DNA of 64,000 nucleotides from an uncultured Puniceicoccaceae bacterium (GCA_963933835.1 CAWVVV010000002.1:160001-224000); one strand, 5' to 3'. Positions 1 through 10,148 are shown, counted from the first letter of the stretch. Notes: a model not told the origin generated them from the letters alone. Numbers and translations: made by a program.

Positions 1-1
1 G

Positions 2-202
2 GGCTGGCGGGCGTTTCATATCGAAGGGACGATCGACCTCGGGCTCACCGGTGTCATCTCTGCCCTCACCATGCCTCTGGCCACGAAGCAAATCAGCGTT
101 TTCTCCATTTCAACCCACGACACTGACTACCTCATCGTCCCCGACGACCGCCTTGAGGATGCCATCGAACTGCTCCAAAGAGCTGGCTTTCAGTGGGTGT
201 AG
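2..202 (+). CDS. ACT-domain protein, C-terminal part (partial, runs off the left edge)
   Basis: Manual translation from nt 2: GWRAFHIEGTIDLGLTGVISALTMPLATKQISVFSISTHDTDYLIV...*, which resembles the ACT_7/CASTOR-type motif (GV...L....IS.F..ST.DTDY.LV). Confidence 0.8.
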   Translation, partial: GWRAFHIEGTIDLGLTGVISALTMPLATKQISVFSISTHDTDYLIVPDDRLEDAIELLQRAGFQWV

Positions 203-397
203 GAATCAATCGACCAGCCGTCGATGACCTCGCCTCGGTCGTCCGCTAGTTTCTTCGGAAGTATCCAGAAAGTGGTGACTGGGTAATGAGCGCGGCGGGC
301 AGGCTTATTGGCGACAGATTGAAACTAGTAATCGCCTTCCCTCAACCCGCTTTCCCATTGACCCCGCGAGGGCCTCTTCTAATTTCCGCACACTCTT

Positions 398-1780
398 ATG
401 AACCGGGTGTATATTAAGACCTACGGGTGCCAGATGAATGAGCGCGACAGCGATGCGGTGGCTTCGCTCTTGCGCGATCGTGGCTACTCAATGGTCGGAG
501 ACGAGGATGAGGCCGATATTATCCTCCTCAACACCTGTGCCGTTCGCGACCAAGCAGAGCAAAAAGCGATCGGTAAAACCCACCGGCTCCTCCATTATAA
601 GAAAAAGGGCCGCGAACTCGTCGTGGGCGTCATGGGCTGCATGGCTCAAAATCGCGGCGAAGCCCTCCTCGACGAGCTCCCCGACCTCGACCTCCTCGTC
701 GGCACACAAAAGTTCCACCGTGTGCCCGAGATGCTCGACCAGTTTGTCGCCTCGCAAAATGGCCTCGGCCCGCGCCCCAGCACGATCGTCGATCTGGAAG
801 AAGAAGCCGGCTCCGAGGAAACGATCAAAGACCACGCCAACGTCCGGCAAGTCTCCGCCTTTGTCAGTATCATGCAGGGCTGTAACATGCACTGTAGCTT
901 TTGCATCGTCCCCAAAACCCGAGGCGGCGAGCGCTACCGCTCGATGGAAGCGATCTGCGCGGAGGTTGAAGGGCTCGTTGCTAAAGGGACAAAAGAAGTC
1001 ACCCTCCTCGGGCAAATCGTAAACAGCTACGGGATGCGAGAGATCCCCTACCGCAACAGCAAGAGTCCCTTCGTCCAGCTCATCGATAAAGTCCACGAGA
1101 TCGACGGACTCGAGCGCATCCGCTTCACCTCACCCCACCCGCGCGGTTTCCAGAAGGATCTCGTCGCAGCGTATGGAGAGCTCCCGAAGCTCATGCCCTA
1201 TGTCCATCTCCCTCTTCAGAGTGGCAGCGACCGCATCCTCAAAGCGATGCGCCGCCCCTACACCGTGCGCCGCTTCCGCGAGATCGTTGAGCAGCTCCGT
1301 GCGGTGAATCCCGACATCTCATTCTCGACCGACATCATCGTCGGCTACCCCGGTGAAACCGAAGAGGACTTCGAGCAGACGCGCGCCTTCTTCGAAGAGC
1401 TGCGCTTCGAGATGGCCTACATTTTCCGCTACTCACCACGCTCAGGGACTAAATCAGCCGAGCTCGAAGACGACGTGCCGAGTGAAGTGAAAGCTGAGCG
1501 CAATCAAATCCTTCTCAAGATTCTCGAAAAACACTCCATCGCAGGGAACACCCTCAGTCATGGAAAGATCGAGCCCATCCTCGTCGAAGGCCCCGCCAAG
1601 CGCGGCGATGGCATCTTTGTGGGTCGCAATCCAAGAAACCGTAAAGTCATCTTCCCTGCCAATGAACGCCTTGTCGGCGAGATCGTCCCCGTCCGCATCG
1701 ACGACAGCAACATCTCCGTCCTCAAAGGCGAACTGGTGCTTTCCGGGATGAATGAAGCGCTCGTGAAGAGCGTGAGTTAG
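398..1780 (+). CDS. miaB: tRNA-2-methylthio-N6-dimethylallyladenosine synthase MiaB
   Basis: TYGCQMNERDS N-terminus, radical SAM CNMHCSFC, RIRFTSPHP, C-terminal TRAM domain. Confidence 0.96.
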   Translation: MNRVYIKTYGCQMNERDSDAVASLLRDRGYSMVGDEDEADIILLNTCAVRDQAEQKAIGKTHRLLHYKKKGRELVVGVMGCMAQNRGEALLDELPDLDLLVGTQKFHRVPEMLDQFVASQNGLGPRPSTIVDLEEEAGSEETIKDHANVRQVSAFVSIMQGCNMHCSFCIVPKTRGGERYRSMEAICAEVEGLVAKGTKEVTLLGQIVNSYGMREIPYRNSKSPFVQLIDKVHEIDGLERIRFTSPHPRGFQKDLVAAYGELPKLMPYVHLPLQSGSDRILKAMRRPYTVRRFREIVEQLRAVNPDISFSTDIIVGYPGETEEDFEQTRAFFEELRFEMAYIFRYSPRSGTKSAELEDDVPSEVKAERNQILLKILEKHSIAGNTLSHGKIEPILVEGPAKRGDGIFVGRNPRNRKVIFPANERLVGEIVPVRIDDSNISVLKGELVLSGMNEALVKSVS

Positions 1781-1791
1781 CGGTGAATAAG

Positions 1792-1820
1792 TTATCTCAC
1801 AGGGGCACGGAGGCACAGAG
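1792..1820 (+). repeat. Left arm of an 8-mer periodic inverted repeat (CACRGRGG x3) flanking the GxxExxY gene
   Basis: cacagggg cacggagg cacagag at 1798-1820; 1795-1813 matches the reverse complement of 2205-2223 at 18/19 positions. Confidence 0.85.
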
Positions 1821-2201
1821 ATGAATGAAAATGAAATCGGTACGATCATTGTTGAGGTCTCGATCCAATTGCATCGAGACCTAGGCCCAGGGTTGCTCGA
1901 ATCTGTTTACGAGAAACTGCTAGAGAGGGGATTGGAAAAGCGAGGCCTTATCGTCCAGACTCAAGAGCCCATTCAAATCACTTACGACGGAGAAACGTTC
2001 GATGAAGGATTCCGTGCTGACATCATAGTCAACGGTAAGGTCATTATCGAATTGAAGTCCGTAGAGAAGCTGCACCCGGCCCACAAGAAACAGCTTCTTA
2101 CTTACCTGAAGCTCACCGGCCTAAAACTTGGTTATCTCCTCAATTTCGGTGAAGAGCTAATGAAGCAAGGCATCACTCGAACGATCAACGGCTCCCTTTA
2201 A
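1821..2201 (+). CDS. GxxExxY protein (PD-(D/E)XK nuclease-like)
   Basis: LGPGLLESVY (GxxExxY), ADIIVNGKVIIELKS (D...ExK), QLLTYLKLTGLKLGYLLNFG. Confidence 0.93.
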   Translation: MNENEIGTIIVEVSIQLHRDLGPGLLESVYEKLLERGLEKRGLIVQTQEPIQITYDGETFDEGFRADIIVNGKVIIELKSVEKLHPAHKKQLLTYLKLTGLKLGYLLNFGEELMKQGITRTINGSL

Positions 2202-2204
2202 AGC

Positions 2205-2247
2205 CCTCCGTGCCTCTGTGAGAAAAAAATCCACTCCCACTCCCACT
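2205..2247 (-). repeat. Right arm of the inverted repeat, followed by a CCACTC hexamer tandem
   Basis: cctccgtgcctctgtgagaaaa (2205-2226), then ccactc ccactc ccact (2231-2247). Confidence 0.8.
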
Positions 2248-2306
2248 GAGAATTTTCCCTTGGCTTTGCACTGCTGAGCCGACCAACTGAAGGACTCTCT
2301 TCTGCC

Positions 2307-2855
2307 ATGCCTAGCTTATTCACTTTTATCATCATTACTGGCCTCATTCTCCTCCTTCTAGGGGTCGGCTTTATTTTGGACAAACCCAGCTGGCGCAAAG
2401 GATTGACCGCCTTTCCGCGCGGCGAGAATGCCGCCTTCATCACGATGGGCATCGGTGGGCTTTGGTTCCTTTACAAAATGTATTATATTGGACCGCAGGA
2501 CGCACTCTTTGGCCCGAAGACAAACCTCATCCTCGTGGCTGTTTTTGGTGCCGGCTGGCTCGGTAGTTTCTTCGCCTTGAAAGAGTTCCTCGCGGTACGT
2601 GGAGTCTGCGTTCTTACCCTGATGGCGGCTTACTTTGCGCTCGAAGCTGGGAGGACGATTTATGACCCAGCTGTCCTTTACTTCAAGGCGATCGTTTATA
2701 TCTTTATCGTCCTTGCGATCTGGTTAGGCGTTTCACCCTTCCGGATGCGCGATTTCTTTAGTTGGACCTTTGGCGCAGCTCCGCGCCCGAAGACAATCGG
2801 GTCACTCCTAGCGCTTGCTGGGGTCAGTTTAACTCTCATCTCGATCACCCTCTAA
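2307..2855 (+). CDS. Hypothetical multi-pass membrane protein
   Basis: 182 aa with about 6 hydrophobic segments; its stop overlaps the gmk start (TAATG). Confidence 0.8.
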   Translation: MPSLFTFIIITGLILLLLGVGFILDKPSWRKGLTAFPRGENAAFITMGIGGLWFLYKMYYIGPQDALFGPKTNLILVAVFGAGWLGSFFALKEFLAVRGVCVLTLMAAYFALEAGRTIYDPAVLYFKAIVYIFIVLAIWLGVSPFRMRDFFSWTFGAAPRPKTIGSLLALAGVSLTLISITL

Positions 2856-3451
2856 TGACTTTACCCCAAGGCCTACTCATCATCATCAGTGGTCCCGCAG
2901 GTGCCGGTAAAACGACGCTCTGCGACCGCCTGATGGAGGAATTCCCAACAATCGAACGCGTTGTTACCACGACGACCCGTGAACCCCGCGAGGATGAAGT
3001 CGCTGGAGTCGACTACCACTTTTTGGGTGTTCTCGAATTTGAGGCCAAGGCAACCTACGGCGATTTCTATGAGTGGGCGCGCGTTCACGCCCGCTACTAC
3101 GGATCAGAACGCCGCGCTGTGCTAGAACCGCTCAAAGAGGGCAAAGATCTCCTCCTCAACATCGATGTGCAGGGAGCGGCCGCTTACCGAGAAGCCGCCA
3201 AAAGTGACACCTTTCTCGCGGATCGTCTCGCAACGATTTTCATCAAGCCACAGAGCCTTGAGCAGATGCACAAGCGCCTCCTACACCGTGCCGCCGAGAC
3301 GCCTGAGGACATCGCCCGCCGGATGAAAAGTGCCGAAAAGGAAATCGCCGCCGCGGACAAGTTTGACCATGTCCTCACGACGAGCACCCGCGAAGCCGAC
3401 TATCAGGAGTTCCGCGAAGCCTACTTGCGCGCACGCAGCGAACACACGTAA
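2855..3451 (+). CDS. gmk: Guanylate kinase
   Basis: IISGPAGAGKTT P-loop, TTTTREPREDEVAGVDYHF, EWARVH..YYGS; start moved to the coupled ATG at 2855. Confidence 0.95.
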   Translation: MTLPQGLLIIISGPAGAGKTTLCDRLMEEFPTIERVVTTTTREPREDEVAGVDYHFLGVLEFEAKATYGDFYEWARVHARYYGSERRAVLEPLKEGKDLLLNIDVQGAAAYREAAKSDTFLADRLATIFIKPQSLEQMHKRLLHRAAETPEDIARRMKSAEKEIAAADKFDHVLTTSTREADYQEFREAYLRARSEHT

Positions 3452-3458
3452 AAGATTG

Positions 3459-4199
3459 ATGAGCAAAGCCTCTGCGACCGCTAAAGCGTTCCTCGCCAGT
3501 ACGCGCAAGCTCAGTAAGGCAGTCGCAAAGCTGCCAGCAGGCGGCCCCGTCACTCACATTTACAATCCCCTCGAATACGCGTGGGCAGGCTACGAAGCCT
3601 ACGTCACGAAGTTCCTCGGTGGTCCACGACGGGTTGTCCTTCTGGGCATGAATCCAGGCCCCTACGGTATGACGCAAACCGGTGTGCCGTTCGGTGCTAT
3701 TCCCGCGGTTCGCGACTGGATGGGTATCGAGGTTGCGATCAAGCAGCCAGCGAAGGTTCACCCGAAGAGGCCCATCGAAGGTTTTGCCTGCAAGCGCAAC
3801 GAAGTCAGCGGACGCCGGCTCTGGATCGATCTCTTTTCCGAGCAATTCCCCAACGCCAAAGAGTGCTTCAAAACTCACTTCGCGCTGAACTACTGCCCAC
3901 TCGTTTACATGATCGAGAGCGGAGCAAACTTTACCCCAGATAAGCTCCCGGTCGCCGTCCGCCGTCCGCTCGAAGAAGCCTGCGACACCCACCTCCGAGA
4001 AGCCCTCGAAATTATCCAGCCTGAGTGGGCGATTGGCGTCGGAAACTACGCCGAGAAGTGTCTCCTCCGTATCACCGAAGGCATGGGGAAAGCACCGAAG
4101 GTCACTCGTATCATCCACCCCGCACCAGCGAGCCCCATCGCAAATCGTGAGTGGCCAGAAAACCCGCGCAAGGCACTCGCGGATGCAGGCATCTGGTAG
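3459..4199 (+). CDS. SMUG1-type (family 3) uracil-DNA glycosylase
   Basis: YNPLEYA, LGMNPGPYGMTQTGVPFG, EVSGRRLW, NYCPL, HPAPASPIAN motifs. Confidence 0.9.
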   Translation: MSKASATAKAFLASTRKLSKAVAKLPAGGPVTHIYNPLEYAWAGYEAYVTKFLGGPRRVVLLGMNPGPYGMTQTGVPFGAIPAVRDWMGIEVAIKQPAKVHPKRPIEGFACKRNEVSGRRLWIDLFSEQFPNAKECFKTHFALNYCPLVYMIESGANFTPDKLPVAVRRPLEEACDTHLREALEIIQPEWAIGVGNYAEKCLLRITEGMGKAPKVTRIIHPAPASPIANREWPENPRKALADAGIW

Positions 4200-4244
4200 C
4201 CAAACAGCCAAGTTCGTCCGCTCACCGAGCGATCACGCGTATCC

Positions 4245-5131
4245 ATGCCAAAAGAACCGACCCCAGCCATTCGCCTGTGCGACGGAGATCTCGAGGCCTT
4301 CATCCAACCCGAGCAAGGGGGACGCGTCCTCGGGTTTCACGGCGACACTTTCTGGCCGAGTCCTCAGGAAAGGTTCGATTGGCCTCCGCCCGCCATACTC
4401 GACGAAGATCCCTACACTGTCATTCAGGCGACGGGGAAAAGTGCGACGATTCAGAGTGCTCGCGATGAGCCATTCGGCTTTCAGCTCGAGAAGCACTTTG
4501 AAGTGAAGGGCAATGCGATCCACTTCACTTTCCGCCTCACCAACATCTGGGATCGCCCCCAATATGTAGCCCCATGGCAAGTGACGCGCGCGCCGCGCGA
4601 AGGAAAGCGCCACCCAAGCGCCACCCCAACAATCGTCGGCACTGGCAAGTGACGCGCGCGGCGCGCGAAGGAAAGCTCTTCTGGGCAACTGGGGACCCCT
4701 TCAAAGACGACGATCGCCTCATCAAGCAACGCGAAGACCCAGGCTGCTACTACCTCCATCAAAATGACGAAAAGCCCTTCCCCGCCGCCATTGAGAGACA
4801 CGGTCCACTGAGTTCCCTCTCGGTGCGCAAGGTCACAGCAACCTGCAAACTTTTCGCCGATGCTCACGGATGGCTCGCCCACCTTCAAGACAACTGCCTA
4901 ATCATCCGCAGCTTCCCCGACATCTCCCCTTCTGAAGCCGCTCCTCGCCAAGGCGAAATCGAGCTCTACTTCAACCCCGAGCTCAATTACATCGAACTCG
5001 AGAACCAAGGTGCCTATCAAGCCCTCGGAGCAGGCGAGACCCTGACCTACGAAACGAACTGGCAATTCCATCGAATCGATATCATTTCTATTCCTGAAGT
5101 TATCGAACAATTATCAAGACTTACCCCTTAA
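4245..5131 (+). pseudogene. DUF4380-like (galactose-mutarotase-like) protein interrupted by a 68-bp duplication/insertion
   Basis: GGRVL, GDTFWPSPQ..FDWPPP, APWQVTR, EIELY, YIELENQGAY are spread over two ORFs (4245-4652, 4574-5131); removing 68 bp restores one 272-aa frame. Confidence 0.7.
4575..4676 (+). repeat. 34-bp direct repeat x2 separated by 34 bp
   Basis: tggcaagtgacgcgcgcg(c/g)cgcgcgaaggaaagc at 4575-4608 and 4643-4676, 1 mismatch. Confidence 0.95.
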
Positions 5132-5144
5132 GACCCACCGGCGC

Positions 5145-6644
5145 ATGAAATCGTTCCTCGCACTCCTCGCACTCCTCGCAACTTTAACGAATGCCCTCTC
5201 AGCCGGCGCCGAGCTCAAGTCCGGCCCGATGATTGGTGCAGCAGGCATGTATGAAACCATCATCTGGCTGCAAACGAGCGAAGCTGCAGAAGCGCAGATT
5301 CGCTATTGGCCATCCTCAGCAAAGAAGAGGGCTGATGTTGTAGTGACGGATCTAATACAAACCTCTAAAGACGACGCCTTCGTAGCGAAAATCTCTGTTG
5401 GCCCCCTGATAGCTGGCGCGACATATGGGTACGAAGTCGTCATCAACGGCAAAAAGGTCACACCCACTTTCAGCGAGACCCACGCGAAAGCAGGAAAGCC
5501 CATCCCCCTCACATTCTCGGCACCCAAGCTCTGGCGCTACCGCGAGGGTGGGCACAAGCCCTTCGACTACACCCTAGGTTTTGGAAGCTGTGCTTACGTC
5601 AATGACCCCGAGAGCCAACAAGACCGACTCGACGGTATACCTTATGGCGGCGACTACCAAGTCTTCGAGTCCATCTATGAGAAAGCCCCCGATGCCTTCA
5701 TCTGGCTGGGCGATACGCTTTATCTGAACGAAGGCGACTGGACGACAAGCCCGGGCATTTATAACCGTTGGACGCGCTCACGCGCCCTTCCAGAGCTCGC
5801 GCCACTGCTCGCAACAACACCGCATTACTTCACTTGGGATGATCATGAATTCGGACCCAATGACATCGGCAGCTCCTTCTGGAACAAAGCCGCGACAACC
5901 GAAGCCTTCGAACTTTTCACCGCCAATCCCTCCTATGGCCTACCCGAAACCCCCGGCATCTTCTCCTACTTCAATCACGGGGATGCCAACATCTACCTTC
6001 TCGACAACCGCACCTACCGCACTGAAGCCATGGTTGTGGGTGCGCCATACATCGAGAAGCAGATGCTCGGGAAAGCCCAGGTCGACTGGCTCGTCAACCT
6101 CATGGCATGGGCCGAAGGGCAACGCCACAGCTCTTACCCGGCGAGCTTCCACATCGTCTGTGTCGGAAATCAAGTCATCTCGCCTGCTCGCCGCGACAAC
6201 CTCCCACGCTACGAGAAAGAATGGCAATACCTCTTCGACCGCCTGATGAACGAAGACCTCAACAACGTCATCTTCGTCACTGGCGATGTCCACTTTGGTG
6301 AAGTCAGCAAGCTAGAACTCACTGGCGGAGGCGATGCGGTGGCAGGCAAGCCTGGTATCGATGGAAAAGCCTACACGTATTACGATATCACTACATCATC
6401 GCTTACGGCCGGATCATTTCCCGGCTTCCCGGCAGAGGAAAATCCACAGCGTTACGATATTTTTGAAGGCGAAGCCGACCGCATCGGGCAACGCAACTTT
6501 ATGCTCCTCCGCTTCACCGGTGAAAAACTCAGCCAGCGCCAAGTCGCGATCGAATTCTACGACACTGACGGGAACCTCCTGAATCAAAAAGAAGGCGCCC
6601 CCACAGGCACCGTCACCGACGCGTCGATCCTCAAACCACGCTAG
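5145..6644 (+). CDS. phoD: Alkaline phosphatase D family protein
   Basis: Signal peptide; FGSCAY, WLGDTLY, TWDDHEFGPND, LLDNRTYR, VTGDVH. Confidence 0.88.
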   Translation: MKSFLALLALLATLTNALSAGAELKSGPMIGAAGMYETIIWLQTSEAAEAQIRYWPSSAKKRADVVVTDLIQTSKDDAFVAKISVGPLIAGATYGYEVVINGKKVTPTFSETHAKAGKPIPLTFSAPKLWRYREGGHKPFDYTLGFGSCAYVNDPESQQDRLDGIPYGGDYQVFESIYEKAPDAFIWLGDTLYLNEGDWTTSPGIYNRWTRSRALPELAPLLATTPHYFTWDDHEFGPNDIGSSFWNKAATTEAFELFTANPSYGLPETPGIFSYFNHGDANIYLLDNRTYRTEAMVVGAPYIEKQMLGKAQVDWLVNLMAWAEGQRHSSYPASFHIVCVGNQVISPARRDNLPRYEKEWQYLFDRLMNEDLNNVIFVTGDVHFGEVSKLELTGGGDAVAGKPGIDGKAYTYYDITTSSLTAGSFPGFPAEENPQRYDIFEGEADRIGQRNFMLLRFTGEKLSQRQVAIEFYDTDGNLLNQKEGAPTGTVTDASILKPR

Positions 6645-8083
6645 CTGCTCCGACTGGGCTCGATCGCACCACGCGAGGTATAGCGAAAGCGAAAGAACAT
6701 CGCGACAGCAACAGGGATCATGCTGATACAGATACCCGCCCAGATGCCGGGAGCTCCCCAACCAAGGCCTTCGGGAAAGTACGGGAGGAGGGCGTTGATC
6801 GGGCCGGGGAGGGCTTCACTTCCATCGAGACGAAAACCCATCCAAAAGCCGAGAGGAAGGCAGCCAAGCCAGTAGCCGACAAAGGCGAGGAGGGTCGGTA
6901 TTCTGGTATCTCGGTAGCCACGCAGGACACCAATCGCCGTCACTTGAACACCATCCGCGATCGCAAGAGCAGCAGCGAAGAGCATGAGGATGGAGGCTAA
7001 TGCGAGGACCTCAGGAGCCCGTGTACCAACACTGTCGTCGAGGTAAAGGCGCGGCAGCCAGTTCCGCCCTAAGGCATAGATTGCAGCCATTCCAGCCATG
7101 AAGACCGCGGCCAAGGCAATCGTAGTCCAACCAATCGTCCGTGCCTCTTCCAGGCGACCGGCGCCTCTCGCCTGCCCCACACGGATGACGGCCGCGAACA
7201 TCACCCCTAGCGGAACCATGAAGGCGAGGCCCGCGTAGTTGAGCGCGATGGAGTGCGCCGCGATCGCAACAACGCCATTGGGCAACCAACCCATCATGAA
7301 ACCAGCGCAGTTAAAGGCCGCGATCTCGAAGAAAATCTGCAGGCCAATGGGGATACCTAGAAAAGTAAGGTCTTTCGCCTGAACCCAGTCGAAGGCCATC
7401 CACTCCTGTCGGCTCCAGCGTAGCGACATCCCGCTCCGCATACGAATCCAAAGGGTTGAGGCGATCAGAACAATGATCCGAGAAAGCAGCGTTGCGATCC
7501 CCGCGCCCACTAGACCCAGCGCAGGCGCTCCGAGGTTTCCATAAATCAGTATCCAGTTTAGAACTACATTTAAAGCGATCGCGCCGAGATTGAACCAAAG
7601 CGGCTCCCATGGGCGTTCGCGCGATTCGCAATAAGCCTTCTGCACAATGAAAAGCATGAGCGGCACGGACGAGGCCGCGAGGAGGAGCAGATAGTCCCGC
7701 CCAAGAACGATCACTTCTTCGGGTTGTCCGAGGTGCCATAGGTCGGTCCAATAGACAATCGCTGCGAGACCACCGCCGAGAACTGCGCTGGCAAAACCCG
7801 CCACGAAGAATCCATTGCGCACGACATGCCGTGCTTTTTGGTCATCCCCCGCCCCATGCGCCTCACCGACCGAGACGCTGATCGCCGTCACAATACCCAA
7901 GCCAACAAACCAAAAGATGTTGAAGACGTTGGTCGCAAAGGTGCCCGCAGCGAGCTCTGCCACGCCGACTCGCCCGACCATCGCCATATCGACGACGTAC
8001 ATCAGCTGCGTAGCCAAGTTTCCGATCACCATCGGAAAGGCTAGCTTGAGGGTTTTGCGCATCTGTTCGAGGGCACCGGACAT
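6641..8083 (-). CDS. MATE family efflux transporter
   Basis: LKLAFPMVIG, VDMAMVGRVG, LNWILIYG..GAPALGLVGAGIAT, DGVQV..GVLRGYRDT; start uncertain (ORF extends to 8140). Confidence 0.92.
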   Translation of the reverse strand: MSGALEQMRKTLKLAFPMVIGNLATQLMYVVDMAMVGRVGVAELAAGTFATNVFNIFWFVGLGIVTAISVSVGEAHGAGDDQKARHVVRNGFFVAGFASAVLGGGLAAIVYWTDLWHLGQPEEVIVLGRDYLLLLAASSVPLMLFIVQKAYCESRERPWEPLWFNLGAIALNVVLNWILIYGNLGAPALGLVGAGIATLLSRIIVLIASTLWIRMRSGMSLRWSRQEWMAFDWVQAKDLTFLGIPIGLQIFFEIAAFNCAGFMMGWLPNGVVAIAAHSIALNYAGLAFMVPLGVMFAAVIRVGQARGAGRLEEARTIGWTTIALAAVFMAGMAAIYALGRNWLPRLYLDDSVGTRAPEVLALASILMLFAAALAIADGVQVTAIGVLRGYRDTRIPTLLAFVGYWLGCLPLGFWMGFRLDGSEALPGPINALLPYFPEGLGWGAPGIWAGICISMIPVAVAMFFRFRYTSRGAIEPSRSS

Positions 8084-8194
8084 GTGCCATTCACCAGAGT
8101 CAGATGAGAATCTACAGGCAAGCTCAAGCCGCTCGAACATTATCAGTCAGTGCCGCTTGACCGGACGCATTCGGCGGAGTTGAGTCTATCCTCT

Positions 8195-9382
8195 ATGCGC
8201 GTCCTCATCGCTTTCGATAAATTCAAAGATGCCCTTACCGCCTCTGAGGCCTGCGAAATTACGCGCAGAGCGGTGGAAGAGCGCCTCCCTTCAGCAGATA
8301 TTGAGGTCGCTCCACTAACGGATGGAGGTGAAGGCTTTGTTGAAATCCTCACCCAGCTCAGTGGCGGAACGATCGAAGAGCTCTCCGTTGCAGGTCCACG
8401 CTTCGAACAAACCGATGTAATAATGGGCTGGGCCGAATTAGCAGAGCTCCCGGAAAGTGTCGTCGCACAACTCGACGTCCCTCAACAAGGACGCCTTGCG
8501 ATCATTGAAATGGCTCAGGCGAGCGGACTCGAGCTCCTCAACCCTGAAGAGCGAGACCCATGGCAGACCTCTACCTTTGGCACCGGCGAGCTCATCGCCC
8601 ACGCCACCGAGATGGGCGCTGCAGCCATCCTCCTTGGCATCGGCGGTAGTGCGACGAACGACCTCGGCCTCGGCGCTCTCGAAGCGCTCAGCCTCCAAGC
8701 CTATCAGGCAGACCTTCAACCCGTCCCGCAGATCACACCTGAAAAATGGTCACAGATCACCTCGCTCGGCGGACTGGTCAATGCGGAGCGACGCTTCCCT
8801 CCCATCCGTATCGCCTGTGATGTGGACAATCCTCTCCTCGGAGAACATGGCGCGACGCACACTTTCGGACCCCAAAAAGGCTTGAAGCCGGAAGACATCG
8901 ATCGCTTTGAGCGTGGCATGCGCAAGCAAGCCCTGCGCCTCCTCGGTCTCTTTGCCCACGAACCCATAAGCTTCGAAGAGAAGCTCGCCGAGCCTGGCAG
9001 TGGAGCGGCGGGCGGCATCGGCTTCGGGCTGCGCACGAGTCTACCAGACGCTCGCTACGTCGCAGGTTTTCCGCTCGTAGAGGCGTGGCTGCAATTGGCC
9101 AAAAAAATCGACTCGGCCAACCTTGTCATCACCGGAGAAGGAGCCTTCGACGCCAGCTCTCTGCGTGGCAAAGGGCCGGGCACGGTTGTTTCGATGGCAG
9201 AAAAGGCGGGCCGCCGCGTCCAGCTTTTCGCGGGAGCGGTGGGCAGAGACGTTGCCGAAAAGTTGCCTTCCCGAGCGGGTGCTACGGCCATCAGCCCGCC
9301 CGAGCTCCCTCTCCCTCAGGCACTTAAAGAAGCGCCGGAGCGTCTAAAGCATTCAGTGGAAGCCTTCCTGGCCGATCTATAA
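8195..9382 (+). CDS. glxK: Glycerate kinase
   Basis: MRVLIAFDKFKDAL, PLTDGGEG, IEMAQASGL, GIGGSATNDLG, CDVDNPLLG, GAAGG, ITGEG. Confidence 0.92.
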   Translation: MRVLIAFDKFKDALTASEACEITRRAVEERLPSADIEVAPLTDGGEGFVEILTQLSGGTIEELSVAGPRFEQTDVIMGWAELAELPESVVAQLDVPQQGRLAIIEMAQASGLELLNPEERDPWQTSTFGTGELIAHATEMGAAAILLGIGGSATNDLGLGALEALSLQAYQADLQPVPQITPEKWSQITSLGGLVNAERRFPPIRIACDVDNPLLGEHGATHTFGPQKGLKPEDIDRFERGMRKQALRLLGLFAHEPISFEEKLAEPGSGAAGGIGFGLRTSLPDARYVAGFPLVEAWLQLAKKIDSANLVITGEGAFDASSLRGKGPGTVVSMAEKAGRRVQLFAGAVGRDVAEKLPSRAGATAISPPELPLPQALKEAPERLKHSVEAFLADL

Positions 9383-9442
9383 GGGAAGCATTACCCTTAC
9401 CCCTAATTTCCACGATGCACCACACCCCTTTGCCTCGAACTA

Positions 9443-10141
9443 ATGACTGATGATGAAGAGTTCCTCCGCGCTCTTCGACGTGGTCGTATCGCGAGGGTAA
9501 AACGCATCCTCCGCTGGCTTCCGCGCAAGGCGACGATTCATCGCTATCCAATCGTGGGTCGCTTTGCCAATTCAGCACGGAAACACGGCTTCCTCTGGTC
9601 GTTCCGAACTGCAGAAGCGCTGCCGGCTCTCTACGCAGGATTCCTCCTCGCCTTCACTCCGATCTACGGGCTGCAGATTCCGATCGCATTCTTTCTCGCC
9701 CTCAAGCTCCGAGCAAACCTTCCCATTCTTGTCGGGCTGCAGATGCTCACAAATCCGCTCACCGCAGTTCCAATCTACTACGCGGGCTACCATATTGGTC
9801 GGATAACGCTTGAGCTCGTCGGCTTCTCGTTTCCGCACCTGAATTCGAGCGAATTCAAGCTCCTCTTTGACCATATAATGACCCTTAACTTCGGGCATTC
9901 CTTCTCCTTTCTCGCACGCATACTCACTGTAATAAGTGTTGGCGGATGGATGATTGGACTTCTGCTCGGAACCGTATCAGCGATGCTCTACCGTCTAGGA
10001 GCACAGGAACTCATTAAAACCTATGGTCGCCTTCAAGGGCTTCAACAGAAGCGTTTGGACGCCATTGCGAGAGGGGAATTCGAACTTCGAAAAACACGCA
10101 TTCCTTTCCCTCGCCAAAAACGCCCTCGCACTACTGAGTAA
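9443..10141 (+). CDS. DUF2062 family membrane protein
   Basis: [33 protein letters not shown]. Confidence 0.85.
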   Translation: MTDDEEFLRALRRGRIARVKRILRWLPRKATIHRYPIVGRFANSARKHGFLWSFRTAEALPALYAGFLLAFTPIYGLQIPIAFFLALKLRANLPILVGLQMLTNPLTAVPIYYAGYHIGRITLELVGFSFPHLNSSEFKLLFDHIMTLNFGHSFSFLARILTVISVGGWMIGLLLGTVSAMLYRLGAQELIKTYGRLQGLQQKRLDAIARGEFELRKTRIPFPRQKRPRTTE

Positions 10142-10148
10142 AGAGCTA

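Noticed and set aside
4575..4676. Mini CRISPR array (34-bp repeat, 34-bp spacer)
   Set aside because: Only two units, the repeat is coding sequence of the host gene, and there is no leader or cas gene
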